Positions 1 through 14,199 of a stretch of DNA of 64,000 nt are shown in pieces (position 1 is the first letter of the stretch; every line of letters begins with the position of its first letter). The notes beneath the pieces were generated by a model that saw only the letters and a list, made by a program, of their open reading frames with translations, was not told where the DNA came from and searched no databases. Source of the stretch: the human T2T-CHM13v2.0 reference genome, Homo sapiens. The stretch is taken from the NCBI RefSeq assembly GCF_009914755.1, contig NC_060942.1, one strand, 5' to 3'. A program made the translations under genes and the position numbers.

Positions 1-450
1 GCCTCGGGCTCTTCCTCCGCACCTCGTAAAGCCGAGACCCCCTCGCAGTCCCCCACTCCGAGAGGCGGAAAAGTTACCTGGGATCAGCAGGGAGCCCGGG
101 CGCGCCGCGGCGTGGGGACTAGGCTCGGGCGCGCGTCCTCGGCGGCGGTGCGCAGGAGACTCGGGCGTGGGGAGGAAGCCGCAGCCCAGGGCTGCTCGCC
201 GCTGTTCCCCCCGCCCCCTGTTGCAGGAGACACCGAGGCTCCGCGGAGCTGCGGCGGGGGCCCACGCCCAGAGACCGTGCGAGGAAAGCCAACCTCGTCC
301 TGCCTGCCCTCCCAGCCGCGGGGGAGGGGGCCACCGCAGTACTTCAGGACAGTTACATGGGCACAGCCTCCTCCGTCCTGGCGCAGGGTCAGGCTCCGCG
401 GACGACGCCTGGAGACAGCTGCCAATGCCAATAGCTTTAGCCCTTTATTC
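1..450. promoter_or_regulatory. EPB41L3: CpG island / GC-rich promoter (truncated at window start)
   Basis: Very high GC and CpG density (e.g. cccgggcgcgccgcggcg) against an AT-rich, CpG-poor remainder; GC box ccccgcccc near 208-216; overlaps a minus-strand first exon. Confidence 0.9.
78..200 (-). other. EPB41L3: Non-coding first exon (5'UTR) of EPB41L3; 5' end approximate
   Basis: Minus-strand donor CAG|GTAACT with last exon base at 78. The sequence AGCCTAGTCCCCACGCCGCGGCGCGCCCGGGCTCCCTGCTGATCCCAG matches my recollection of the EPB41L3 mRNA leader; not verified by search. Confidence 0.75.
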
Positions 451-863
451 CCACTTAGATGATGGCCTGGCCTCTCCAGACCCCTCTCCCCTCCCAGACA
501 TCCCCTGTGAGAAAGGAGGGAGAGGGTGTTCCTGACCTTCAGGTGAGTTATTTATTGGCTAGGGACTGCAGTATTTTTTTTTTCTTTTTGGAAAGAAAAT
601 AAAATCAAGTTGGTGGTGTCTTCAAGTCATGTTAATAGAGAAGATCTGAATTAATGCTTGATAAGAGAAGTCGCCCATTTTTCAGCAACTCAGCTACTCC
701 GTCCTCTCCAGTATCTATAAAGCTTTCCACCGAAATTTACCTTGATTTTAAAGAGCGGAGGTGGCTCACTGACTTGTAAGTGAAAGAAGTAACTCCTGGT
801 CATCTCACAATATCTTAAGATCTAACCGACTAACCAAGATATTTAAGAAATATTTTTATGGGC

Positions 864-1115
864 ACAAAAAGAATAGAGTGAATAAGACATAGCATCTGAT
901 AGCACAACAGGGTGACTATAGTCAAAATAATTTGATTGTACATTTTAAAAGAAAGTATAATTGAATTGTAACACCAATGATAATGCTTGAAGGATGGATT
1001 TCCTGTTTTCCATGATGTGATTATTACACATTGCATGCCTGTATCAAAACATCTCATGTACCCCATAAACATATATACATACTATGTACCCACAAAAATT
1101 GAAAATAAAATATTA
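864..1115 (+). mobile_element. L1MA-type LINE 3' end fragment
   Basis: gatagcacaacagggtgactatagtc...catgatgtgattattacacattgcatgcctgtatcaaaacatctcatgtacccc followed by an A-rich tail. Confidence 0.8.
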
Positions 1116-1117
1116 AA

Positions 1118-1365
1118 TTTTTTTAATTTTTAAAATAAATTGTATGTATATTTAAGGCATACAACATAAGATACATATATAGTAAAATGGTTATTATAGT
1201 GGAACACATTAGCATATCTATCAACTCACATAGTTATGCATTTCCCCCAACACCCCTCTACTTGTGGCAAGAGTAGCTATAATATACTCATTTAGCAAAA
1301 TCCTGAATACAAGACACTTCTTAGCTCTAGTCCTCGTGTTGTACATCAGATCCCTTTCATGTTGT
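1118..1365 (-). mobile_element. Old L1M (L1MA8/9-like) 3' end fragment, tail-to-tail with the previous element
   Basis: T-rich tail then aattgtatgtatatttaaggcatacaacat...atctatcaactcacatagtta, the reverse complement of an L1MA 3'UTR. Confidence 0.65.
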
Positions 1366-2034
1366 ACGTTATTAATTTTTTTAAAATAGAGCCTTCTCCA
1401 AATCATCCGGTTGCCCCTCCAGGAGCTCAGGGACTCATTAAAAGAGGGAAAAAAATGGATTCACAAAAATATTGCATTTGCTACTGGGTGCCAAAGACAA
1501 GATACAGAACACGTGCCTCTGGGAAAGATTAGTGGGCCTGATCTGTCAGTGAGGCCCGGAGACGTGGGGAGACTTGGCGCAGGTTTCTAGAATAGGGAAG
1601 ACTTTGGTAGGAAAGGAGGATGGTATTTGATTTCCTTGGCTGGAGTGGAAGGGTTTTTTCATGTTGAAGAGGGAGAAGGTTGGAAAATTATAGTTACTAT
1701 GTTGCTATGGAGTTTATGGGACTATATTCTATAGATGTGTAGCTTTGGGAAATTTTGAGCAAGAAAGTGTGACTTAAGTAATGTTTTAAGAAAACTAATC
1801 TTATGGCTCTGCAAAGACTAGAACAGATGGGCAAATACCAGGTTGGTGTTCGGAGGAGACTATGGTATTAAGACAGTTACCAGAGGTAATGAGGGCCTGA
1901 ATTGTCTTTCAGGTGACAGATAAAGGTGACAGTTCCAATAGTGGATGTTTGGGAATTAACTGCATTTCCTGTCAGAAAGTGTTGCATATGAGTATTAGAG
2001 ATATATATGCACATATCACATACGCACCTGTATG

Positions 2035-2037
<3 letters not shown>

Positions 2038-2077
<40 letters not shown>
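2038..2077. repeat. (TG)n microsatellite
   Basis: About 19 perfect TG units. Confidence 0.95.
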
Positions 2078-2079
<2 letters not shown>

Positions 2080-2409
2080 CACATAAGGTCTGTGAATGAA
2101 GAAAGAATTCATTTTCCTTTTTTGCATGTACACTAAAGCACTCCATTGAAAGTGGACTTGAATAAATTGTATTGTTTACAATAAACACTCATTTGGCATT
2201 ATCATTCAAGACACAGATGGCTCCATATTTTCATTCATTTTGTTGCAGTATTTTTGCTATTCTTTAAAATTGAAAGCAAACTTTTTCTTATGACTCATGA
2301 ATCTTAATCTTTGTGGTGATGAAAATCAGCAATAGTGTCTGAATGGCAATTTTCTTGGGAGAAAAATGTTAGACAACTAAGTATTTTTTTAATTAGAAAT
2401 ACCTATCTA

Positions 2410-2719
2410 AGCCAGGCGCAGTGGCTCATGCCTGTAATCCCAGCACTTTGGGAGGCTGAGGCCGGTGGATCACGAGGTCAGGAGTTCAAGACCAGCCTGG
2501 CCAAGATGGTGAAACCCCGTCTCTACTAAAAACACAAAAATTAGCTGGGCATAGTGGTGGGCGCCTGTAATCCCAGCTACTCAGGAGGCTGAGGCAGAGA
2601 ATTGCTTGAACCTGAGAGGTAGAGGTTGCAGTGAGCCGAGATCTCACCACTGCACTCTAGCCTGGGCAACAGAGAGAGACTCGTCTCAAAAAACTACAAC
2701 AACAAACAAACAAACAAAA
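2410..2719 (+). mobile_element. Alu (AluSg/Sc-like)
   Basis: Full dimer gccaggcgcagtggctcatgcc...ggatcacgaggtcaggag with (CAAA)n tail. Confidence 0.95.
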
Positions 2720-5700
2720 CCCTAATTATGGTAATATTCCACGAATTGAAAATTTGGAGTAAAAACCATACTGCTGCATAGTTTGATAGGAAATCTTGGA
2801 AGCAATTACTTTGGAATCCTCTGGATTTAACCAAGTCTCTCCTCTATTATTTTTTTCCCCCTAGCACAGACAGGGAGAAAAAGAAACGTCAAATTCATGA
2901 GGGGTGCATAGCTGCATAGCTCCCTCAGCAACTTGCCTGCATCTTGATAATAGCGATCTCTTCATTCTTTCTTGTGAATCCCATGCAGGATCCTCTCTTA
3001 GTCCTCTCTGTCTCCCCACAGTGCCTCACTGGGCACATTGCAAGCCAAGCACTTCACATTTTTGCTAACTGAATGAATGGACATTGAATAATGAACTAAG
3101 CTGTCACTTTTCTTCAGGGATTCGGCTTCCTCATGTATAAAAGGGACTGATTCCAAAATTCTGTATGGTTCAATAATATTAGGGGCCTATAAAACTAAAA
3201 GATGTATCACCTCTTACTACTTACTAAGTAAAAGCAATAATGAAAACCCTACTATTTAGCTCTCATCAGGAAATAATGAGCTCTTCCACACAGAAAGGAG
3301 AAGGAACATAAAGTAGAAAGCAAGGTGAAGATACAATTATGATTGAATTTGCTTGCTTTCTTAGAATACTAACTTCTCTCCTTTTCCCTCTCACTACCAA
3401 AAATAAAGCCACTATAGCCCCAGAGAATTCTTTATTCTTGTCAATGTAACCCCCCTTGTGGTGCTGTTTCAATAAGTTATAGAAAAGTAGTTCTTGGGTC
3501 CAGTAAATGCCGTTTACACAGTCCTAGAATTAGTGCCAATTTGGCATGAGAACTCAGTTCTTCAGATTCTTAATTTACTATGTCCACACAGTACTAAAGA
3601 GAGTGTTATGCAAATACTGAAACAATCCATGGAAAGTCAGGAAAGATTCCATGACTCTAGCCTAGGTCTTAGGATGCCCATTCTGATCTCCACTACCTTA
3701 ACTTGGGCTTTCTCTACGCTAATCTTATTTATGGACTTCCTGAAATTACTCTATATAATTTATATCACTGAAGGTCACCAGCTATCAAGAATTCTAGCCA
3801 GAGAAAAGGTGCAGAGAAAAGGGTGCAGCTTACTTCAGGTAAGATATGTGTGTAAATTCATCCCAAGCTGAAGAGATTGGATCCCCCATGAACCTCTATT
3901 CCACCACAAATGTCAATAGAGTACTGACTTCTTGAGTGAATGAGTAACTGGTATTCTGCTACCTGAACAGCAATGATAATTCCAACCTGATAGCCAAGAC
4001 AAGGACAGAATTTGCAGTTGTATTGACAGCCATGTTGTCAGCCTTATGGATGAGACTCCAGAAAGAAATAATAGAGAATCAGTCTGGTTAAACTTATCTG
4101 AACTTTGCTCTCAAACATGAAAATTGAAGAAATATTGACGCTTGAGCAAACCCTACAAATGCCACCCTAATAGACATTCACACTCATTTGGCCTCATTTA
4201 TTCAACCTGATCTGCTGCCTTAGTGAAATGTTGACAACACTGGCAATAACTAGTTGAGGTTTATTTTATGCTCAGAATAATGTCAGGCACCTGAATTGCA
4301 TATCAAGTTCTTGAAATCAGGATATAAAGTCTTCAGCCACAGCGTTACTGGGGACCATAAATAAGAGAAATACAGGGATGAATGCATAATTCAAAAGCAA
4401 CAAGCTTATTCTTCTGAAATAAAAATTCATTGAAGAGTTTCTAGGCTCTAAGAATAGCTTTAAGTTTACAGCTCATTAAGGCTTCCAGATGCTCTCTTCA
4501 TATTGAGTTTGTATACCCCATTTCAGGGGTCTGTCTACATGCAAGGCACAGATGCAAAATGAAATAAAGTATTGATAAGTATAAATGTAGCACAAAATGT
4601 ATGAAAAGTATACATAAGATGGAGCAAGTTTAGGCATGCTAACACCATTTAAAATCATTCCTATTCATCAGAATTCCATATTTGCCTTTTTTATCTTTGT
4701 ATTCTTATATAAAGAATAGACTTAAAGGTGGACCCATACATAGTATGTAAGTTTTATTGTATTAAAACATATCCTTATTGATTTTTTTACTTTCTCCATT
4801 TCCAGTAAATTTTAGAAATAAGTCTCAGTACTTTTAAACGGAATAATTTTAATGATAAAATTGTAAGGGTTATTCTAGTGATCAATTCTTCATTAAATGT
4901 AAATGCTCAATGATTCTGTTCTTCTTAAGTAAAAATAAAAAATCCACTGAGAATGTTTTCTATTTAGGATTTTAGTATAAATATGGAATGGTAAAATATG
5001 AATGCTAGAATATAAAGAATGGAAGTTGTTAATCTGTAATATTAAATTCAGCTCTCAACCGCATGATCACTATTGAATTATATGCTAAGACACTTAACAT
5101 TTTAATCACTTTTCCCCCAAAAGACAAAATAAATGCCAGCAAGCCTGTCCATCCCCTGTAAAGCTGTAAGTAATCCTAATCAGCTATTATGTTTCACCCC
5201 AGAAGCTATCAACAAAAATTAACAGAGGAAGAAATAATAGATAGTAAGACACATTCAGAAGTCGGGCTTATTAACTTGTTAATGCTATCTCCTCTTTAGG
5301 AAAATGTGTGATGGTTAACTTTATAAACTAATAAACATACAGCAATAACTACTCTAAGGAAAAAGCATTAGCTTTCTTTCTTAATTTAATTCCTGTTTTC
5401 CAGCATGTTTTTTTTCCCCTTTCCAACTGTCTCACTGGCTTGCAGATTTCAACAGTGAGGGTACAACCTGAAAATGTCATTCCACTGTAGTCCACAGCTT
5501 CCAGAATGCTCTGGGAATCACTGAGAACATCATCTAGAATATCTTTGTCCCTTAAAATAAATTTGTTCAATAGGTCAAAGCCATTTGAAAGAAAGCCTTG
5601 GCTACTAACACTTTCCTATGCAAGATGTTTATTAGGGATTTGTCTGATATCCAAGGCTGACTCATTTGTAAATGATACAAATCTGAGGATACCAGAGTTT

Positions 5701-5794
5701 CTCAAACTGGCTTATTTGTGAACAGTTTTCTAAGTTTTACGTTTCTGTGTCAATAAAAATCTTAAAAAGAATAAAACTACCAGATGCACACCAT

Positions 5795-5953
5795 CGATAT
5801 CAGAATCATTCAAAGTACTTGTGAATGATGCAAATTTTGGGGTCCAGCCTTAACTGAGTCGGAAGCTCTGGGCTGGGGTCCAGGGAGCAGCCATTTTTAA
5901 CAAGTTCCCCAGGTGATTATAAATCACACCAAATCTTAAGAACCATTGATCTA
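5795..5953. mobile_element. MER5 (hAT-Charlie) DNA transposon
   Basis: atcagaatca...tttttaacaagttccccaggtgatt...ttaagaaccattg. Confidence 0.7.
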
Positions 5954-7555
5954 GGCGACCAGTCCATATCAAAAATCCCACAGGTGACAAAGTGCGTTCA
6001 GATAGATGTTTCATAGAAGTTGGAACCGAAAACGGGTGGAAAAACAGCCCACTCAGACATATACGAGAGCTGAACTGAAGATAATCTACACTACACGATT
6101 CACAGTTTGCAGGAGTTATTGCTTGGATCCTGTCATTGCATGCATCAGTCTGCAGCAGCAGTTCATTAGCAGTAAGTATAGTAATAAATAACAATAAAGG
6201 ATTGTCCTGTTCCCAATTCCAGCAATAATTGGATTAGATGCCTATTTATTAAAGATTGCAGTAACACTGCAACTCTGACCTTAATTTCCAAGTTTTTACA
6301 AAGTTGCCAAGGGATGTCTCATTAAAATGGGAAATTGAGGACTAATTGCCAGCAGTTTTAGTTAACTTTGAGATCTGACTATCTTAAACCCTGCAAATAG
6401 AGAATTTCAATACATTTTGGTATACCATACTTAGGCAAACAAGCATTCCCTGGGCTGCTTAGTAAAACTTAGTGAACCAAATTAAATAAGGAAACTGACC
6501 AGAGGCTCCATCCTTCTAAAGCACAACATGAGGAATTTTATTTCAGAAAAACAATATCATTTATCGTTTTAAATTAGTGTGTTGTTAATTTTAGTGTTCA
6601 GGCCTTGCATTTCTCCTATCAATTTATTAAGGTTATTTTGGTTTTATACTTGATGAGCCCTATAAACTTAAATCTGGTTTTACATCCATATATGTTTAGA
6701 AATATTTTCTTTCATTAAAGGATGAGATTTCAGCTCAATAAAAGAGGACCATCATTCTAATATGGGCCAGGCTGTTTTATAAACAGTGAGTTTCCAGTTA
6801 GAATGTTTAAGGAGATACCAGATGACATCTGTTAGTAATGCCCCAGAAGGCTTCTTCTATCAGGAGGGCACTTGGGCAAAATCAGCTATAAATTCCTGTC
6901 CAACTGGGAGATGAAATTGTGTTCCAAATGTTTGCCACTCTGGAACCAGGGCTTGCCTACCCTGTTTGAGGTAGCAACTCAAGCACTGACTTCATGAAGG
7001 AACACTCATGTACATATGTACATGGTCTTTGAATCCCCAACAACTTCTCAATTATAGGTTGAGATTAATTTGTCACTGGTTCCCTGCTTTTTCTCCATAA
7101 ATCTCATGACAGTTTCCACCACCTCTTCCCCTCCCACGTCTTCTCAGATCCATCAACTCTAATCTGCTTAGATTTATACAAGTCCTCAACCTCTCTAATC
7201 AAACCTTTCTTTACCTCTGAGCCAAGCTTTGGTGAATTAACATAAGTAGCTGGGCATGATATTGTTTTTGGAGTCAAGGTATAAATACTCTGAATGGGAA
7301 ATCATTAAGCCTATTTTGGAATTTTTCCTGGGTGTCTCAATGCCTATTCCCAAATTATCCCACTGTTTAACAGAATCAAACAGGCGTGCAGTGAGTACAT
7401 GCCATCCTCCTGAATGCCATTATAGCTTGATGAACAGAGCACCAAGTAATATCTGAAAATCGTTGTATAACCTTCAGCAAATTTCCACTTCTCTTGATGT
7501 GATATCAATATTCATTGAAATATTCCCTCCATTTTCTGTTTTACTAGCACAGACG

Positions 7556-8162
<607 letters not shown>

Positions 8163-8849
8163 AGGTAAAAGAAGACTAAAGCACATACTTAAATTGAATG
8201 TTAAGAATTCCTCAAAAGAGAGAGGCTATAAAAATAAACATTGATAACAAGCACTTATTTATATCTTTAAAAAATTACCTGAAGTCCTTGTAGAAGCCAC
8301 TGGATGACATGTGCATGTGCCCATTCTCTACGAAGTGAGTCAATTTTGAACAGGCTGTGTTTGCTTGGCAGTGCCTGCCATCAGATTTGTTGATTCTCAC
8401 AACCTAGGGGAAACCTATTACTGTAGCTGGCTACCCAGTTCATAGTAATGTGTCAATAAAATGCTGGCATATTTCACAACAGGCATAAAGAACTCATCAC
8501 ACGTTAAATATCGTGACTAGAATTTCAACAACTCTTCAAACACCCAAAAGAAAAAAATATCATTTCTGGTTTTATTCCAAGTTTCTGTGTAATGTGTAGA
8601 AGTTACACACGCGTACTTGTGGTTATCTCAGATGATGAATAATAGAAGGTTCCACCAGGTACTTTTTGATGAAACAGATAAAAATATTTGAAAAATTAGA
8701 GGAGCCAGTAGGAAATTGTGTCTAAGTGACTATAACCTGACGTTTTATGAATTGCATCTAGCGATTTTCCCCAGGTGTGTTCAGGCATTGGGATACTGGT
8801 ACATCACGATGCCTGGCCCAGGGATCTGTTTTCACTAAGAGCTAAAATT

Positions 8850-9080
8850 TACTGAGCATTTATCTTGTATGAGGAACTGTTTTACAAGCTATTGTTCCAG
8901 TTGAATAACTTTCACCATCACCAGAACCCCTCCAAGGTAGAATCTATTATTACCCTTATTTTCAAAAGAGGTCAATGAGGCAGAAGCTGTTTCAATAAGG
9001 TGCCCGACGTTACACAGGTTTTACTATCAGAGCCAGGACACAAGCTCGGGTAGTCTGACTTCTGAGCTAGTCCTCTAAAG
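8850..9080 (-). mobile_element. MIR
   Basis: MIR core: attattacccttattttcaaaagagg...tgcccgacgttacacag. Confidence 0.6.
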
Positions 9081-9399
9081 CCTCTAAGTAGACAGTCAAA
9101 TAAATACATACACACAGATATTCAGTTAAATCATATGAAATTGCCAATATTCAACAGTTTTGACTTTCAGAGCAGTAACTTTAGAGTACAATAATATACT
9201 CCAATGAGAACACATTGCATTGGCTACAAAGAAGAGAAACAGAGTTAAGAAAAGACTATTTCTACTACTATGGACACATTAGAGAACAGAAAAAGTCTTC
9301 CAAAAAGTCACTAATTTAGAAAGAATATGCAGGTTGTTTATAGTCTAAGAAGCTACTAAAAGACTGTAAGGCAACCGCTAATAAAATTATAATTATTAT

Positions 9400-9645
9400 T
9401 GTTAACTTGTATTTACCTCTGCTGTGTGCCACACAGTGTTTTAAGGGGTTTCTGTGCACATTATCTCTTTGTTCCTCACAATTCTATGAGGTAGGAACTA
9501 TAATTATCCATATTTTACAAGTGATTAAAAAAACTGAGGCAAATGAGAGGTTGAGTAGCTTGTCTCAGGCCTCATATTTGGTGAGTAGTAGAACCAGGCA
9601 ATTTTATTGTAGAGTCCATGCTCTTAACCATGATGCTAAACTGCC
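9400..9645 (-). mobile_element. MIR
   Basis: ctatgaggtagg...ccatattttaca...aaactgaggc...gagaggttgagtagcttg. Confidence 0.7.
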
Positions 9646-9809
9646 CCTACACAATTACATAAGGTTCCCTTGGAATTTCCTCTACAGAAAAGGGAAATTA
9701 ATTTCAAAAAGCTGTGCCCAAAATGGGGTCATTGTATAAACATGTATCCATTTGACCAAGAAGAGCAGTCTACAAGTTAAGAGTTTGAGAAAAAGGGCAA
9801 AGGCGAATG

Positions 9810-10516
9810 CTCTCATCCATCAGTAGATCCCGCTGGCTCTACCTTCAGGACATACCCAGAATCAGCCACTTCTCACTGCACCTGCCTCTGGCACCCTGGT
9901 GCAAACCATCACCATCTCCTGTCTGGGTTCCTGCAACACCTCAGCACATCTGTCTCTGTTGCCACCCTGAGACCCCTATAGTGATTCTCCAAACAGAAGA
10001 TACTGTCAGCCTGGTAAAACATAAGCCAGATCACGTCACTCTTGTTCAAAGTCTCTGGGGGCCGTGTTATCTGCCCTCACCCCAACCAGCCCCACCGTTC
10101 TGAACATATCTGCCAGCCACACTCCCCGTCCCACTCCAGGCACTCTGTGCTTGCTGTTCCTCACACAACCAGGTGCACTCTCACCGTCAGCTTTGGAATC
10201 AGCTCTTCTCTAGGAAATACTAATGCTCTTGCCTACTTCAAGTCTTTGCTCCCGTCGCCTCTCAGAGAGGCCTGCCCTGCACACCTTAAATATACACAGT
10301 AAAAGCAAAACTGTGACGGGGCTACCCCAGCACCTATTCTCTTATCCCACTCTCCTTTTTTCCCATGACCTAACATGGCATATCATTTCCTTATTTATCA
10401 TGTTTATTGTCTGTCTTCTGTCATTCCAGACATAAGTCCCACAAAAACAGGGGTCCAGCCACCTGGAACAGTGCCTGGCATGGAGAAGGCATTCAATCTA
10501 TGTGTGTTGAATGAAA
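9810..10516 (+). mobile_element. L2 LINE 3' portion
   Basis: ctctaccttcaggacatacccagaatc...cagtgcctggcatggagaaggcattcaat...gttgaatgaa (L2 3' terminus). Confidence 0.75.
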
Positions 10517-11569
10517 GAATTTTAAAAAGCTCAGAGATTATAAAATATGGGACTCTTTTGGAAGGATTATCAGAAGGATACAAGTATAAAATTGAAGAAT
10601 TAGCTTGCCCAGGATTGGGATTAGACACAGGAAGGAGATTTGGAAGGAAGAAACTAAATCTAAGGGAATGGTGGATATATGATAAAAATGTGACATAGTT
10701 ATATGCAACATACACTGGTTCCCTCCAACCATGGAACTAATTTAGGCAGCAACTCCCAATCACCCTAAGGAAAACCCCATTCCTTACTCCTGAGCCAACC
10801 CTGGTGACACCAGTAGGGCTCCTCTTCCACCACACACCCAGAGATGAGAGGGAAGAATGGTAAAGCCACCCCTCCCCAAATGCCACTGGGCCATTGTTAA
10901 CACCAGGGGCAATTTAATAAGCATTTATATTCTGAGGACAAAAGAAAATGTGACAGGATTCAAGCAGGGCCCTCTTTGCTCATGTGTACAAACAATGGCA
11001 GTGACCACTGCAGTGCAAAATGTCAGAGCATCTGAAGCAGAAGTGTCCAGGCTAACATTATTTCTCATATCAATGGTTGCCATGGTGATATTTATAAAGA
11101 TTTAGCCACCATCAAGCAGTGAATACTTTTACGGGGCTGTTGGAAGAGAAGACGTCGCAATCCACCCTTCGTCCTCACAAATCACTGTCATCCCACTTGC
11201 TCCCATGACATGGCTCACTTCTTTTGATTGCGCTTCACATGCCCACTAAAGATGAGTGTTAGATTCTGTCATTTCAGGCTTGAAGCCTGTGCTGTGTTTT
11301 TCCATTTGGTCTGCATTAAGCTTTCTTCAGTGATCCATAGTGCCCTTTCAAACATCGCCAGGTCATTCCTTCATCGATCTCCTTATCCCCAGCCTCTGCC
11401 TCCACCAGGGCACCCAAGTTCCAGGACCTCCCATCCCCTAGTCACTCTCTGGAGAGGGCATTCATGTGTGTTGACCATTGCCAAATTTATGCAACCTCCA
11501 TACTTCAAGAAAACATAAGGAGACAGTGAGTTGGTAGAGGTGTATCTTAACCAATCCCCCTGTACTGAC

Positions 11570-12325
11570 CCACTAGATTGTAAGCTCTGTGAGGGCAGTG
11601 GGTCTCTTTTACTCACATTTGTATTTTTCAGAATAAGTAGCATGGCACGTTAGCCCTAAAAGGAGCTGAAAAATGTCCTAGCACAAGGTAGTAGAGAGCT
11701 TAGTGAATGAAACCACAAATCCCCAGTCATGCAAATTAGAAACCCAGGCATCTCCTGGACACCTTACTCTCTCTCCCAAACCCTCTTGTCAGATCTATTA
11801 CCAAGCCCTTTGTACTTCACCTTAAATAATCTCTGGGCTCTGTCCACATCTCCCCAACTCCACACCAACATCCTATCCTGAAATAGTCTCTTCTCAGGTT
11901 TCTAATCCAGCTTCCCGGGACATGAGTGAGCACTCAGAGATACAAAGGTGATGCTCTCACCCCTGCCTAGAACTTTCCAATCCCATTGTTCTCAGGTGAA
12001 GACAACACTCTCAAATGCAGCCTCGATGCTGTAAGTGTTCCCTTCCTCCACTCCCGTCGGCCCAGCCATCTTTCCATTCCTCTTTTTCAGCTTCCTTAAC
12101 TAGATCACACATCCTCAGCAAGGGTTCTGGTAGCATCAGTCCCTCTGCTTCAAACATTGCACCTATGCGTTTGTGTGTGTGGCGATTCCATGAACCATTG
12201 TCTCCCTTCACTAGATGCAAGTCCCAATAGGGAACTTGGGTTGCTTCTACTCACCACTGTGTCCCCAACCTGCACACTGCCTGGCATGTAAGAGACGCTC
12301 AGTGAATATTTGCAATAAATAAATG
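11570..12325 (+). mobile_element. L2 fragments
   Basis: ctagattgtaagctctgtgagggcag and actgcctggcatgtaagagacgctcagtgaatatttg. Confidence 0.65.
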
Positions 12326-13557
12326 TTGATGGACTGTCATTATTGGAATCAGGACAGTACATAATGGTTAGGTTTCAGCCTCCACAGTTGGTAGCCAGGG
12401 GCTCACTACTTCTGCTAGATACAAAGGAAAAAGCAAACAAAAAGACAGAAAATCAACAAGGCTTTTCAGATCTTGGACATTTAAGTGAAGCTTGCAATGG
12501 ACACTCAAATATTTATCAATATCCTTTGCAAACATGGATTGAGCAGCTACTCTGGGTAGGGGACTAGCCAGAGCTGCTGACGACACTTTATCTTCCAGGA
12601 ACCAAAACCTTAATTTTCCCTAGCGGTGCTGCTGGAGTAGGAACATTTGGTGTTGAAATGCTGCCACAAGAGGCGGGAGAATGACTCAACTATTCTTCAA
12701 TTCAGAGGATCAGACTCTAAACTTTGATACTGATTCACATTTGCTCCCTGGATGCCAGTGATTAATCTCATTAGGAAAGTTAGAGGGCAGAAAAATAAGC
12801 GACATTTGTACAGCGATCTGTGATGGACTGAGGGAAACCCCAAGAGACAATGAGTTTTTCTGTCTGTCCATGGACCATTGTGGGGAACAGAGCAGGAAAC
12901 ATGGAGTCCACAGACCTGCCCTCTGCCCCGCTCCTCCCTCCCAGCTCTCTGACCTTGGCTTGGATTGCATTGCCTCATCTGCTCTCTCATTTATAAACTG
13001 AGTGACTAAACCTGCTTCAAGGATCATTGAGAGGATTAAATGAAATAATTCATGAAAAAAGCACTCAGTAAGCTCTCAATGCCATATAATGGTGTGTCAC
13101 GGTGATGACGGGGGCTCACAATAATACCACATGGCCACTCTCTCTCTGCCAGCACAGCTGGGGGGCCCCGGGGGTCTCCCTCCTTCCTCTCACCTCTGTG
13201 GACACATAGCTGCAAAAGCTGAGCAGGAAGGCCCTTGGAGAACCAGCCCATTTGATAAAGTAAAGGAGGTGGCTCTCGACTGCTGGGAGGTGTGCTGAGC
13301 TTATAGATCCATTTCCTAGAAATGCTGGGACGAAGCAGCCAGGAATTCTGATTAGTCTGCTGGGTCTGCAGACTTGATAATATTGCCTGATGGAAAGGGC
13401 TAAGTGCAGGAAATGGCATCTGCTCTGAGGTAACAGGCCTCAGATATTTAAAAAAGCATATAAAAATAGATATCGACATGTGGGCTTTTCCTAACATGTT
13501 TTTTTCCTGTCTTGTAGCACACACAATTCAAAAAAGTTTAAAAATGGCTCAAAACAC

Positions 13558-13868
13558 TTGTTTTTTTGTTTTGTTTTTGTTTTTTGAGACAGGGTCTCAC
13601 TCTCTTGCCCAGACTGGAGTGCAGTGGCACAATCTCGGCCCACCCCAACCCTCCGCCTCCCAGGCTCAAGCAATTCTCCCACCTCAGCCTCCCGAGTAGC
13701 TGGAATTACAGGCGTGTGCCACTACCACATGGCTAATTTTTGTATTTTTAGTAGAGATGGGGTTTCGCCAGGTTGGCCAGGCTGGTCTTGAACTCTGACC
13801 TCAAATGATCCACCCCTGTCGGCCTCCCAAAGTGCTGGGATTACAGGTGTGAGCTACTGTGCCCAGGC
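13558..13868 (-). mobile_element. Alu (AluS/Jb), antisense
   Basis: Full dimer with target-site duplication (TSD) ctcaaaaca at 13548-13556 and 13870-13878. Confidence 0.95.
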
Positions 13869-14199
13869 ACTCAAAACATTTTTATAGCATTTACTTGAGA
13901 AGTTCTCTCAAGAATACAGGCCTCATTTGGAATCACTTAAAAAATTGCAAATACTCATGATATTGGAGATGGATTGGTTTTTGGAAGGAGCCAAAATGAT
14001 TTTGCACTGGGCTAATAAATAAGGGGGTCAATGGGGTCAGATCCACTGAGCACCAAAATAAACAAAACAAAACCCTGAGTTTTAACTATAAACAAACTCA
14101 ACTAAATTCTTTAGAATAGTTTAATGTACTAGTTTGGAAGGGACTTCAAAAAGTAGTTCCAACAAGATTTTGAACAACAGAATCATCTTCATTCACAAT

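Noticed and set aside
84-535. Overlapping 70-122 aa ORFs in the CpG island
   Set aside because: GC-rich, stop-poor sequence opens ORFs in several frames; the products are Arg/Pro/Gly-rich with no domain.
13036-13524. 162-aa minus-strand ORF
   Set aside because: No recognisable domain or exon boundaries; its length is compatible with chance.
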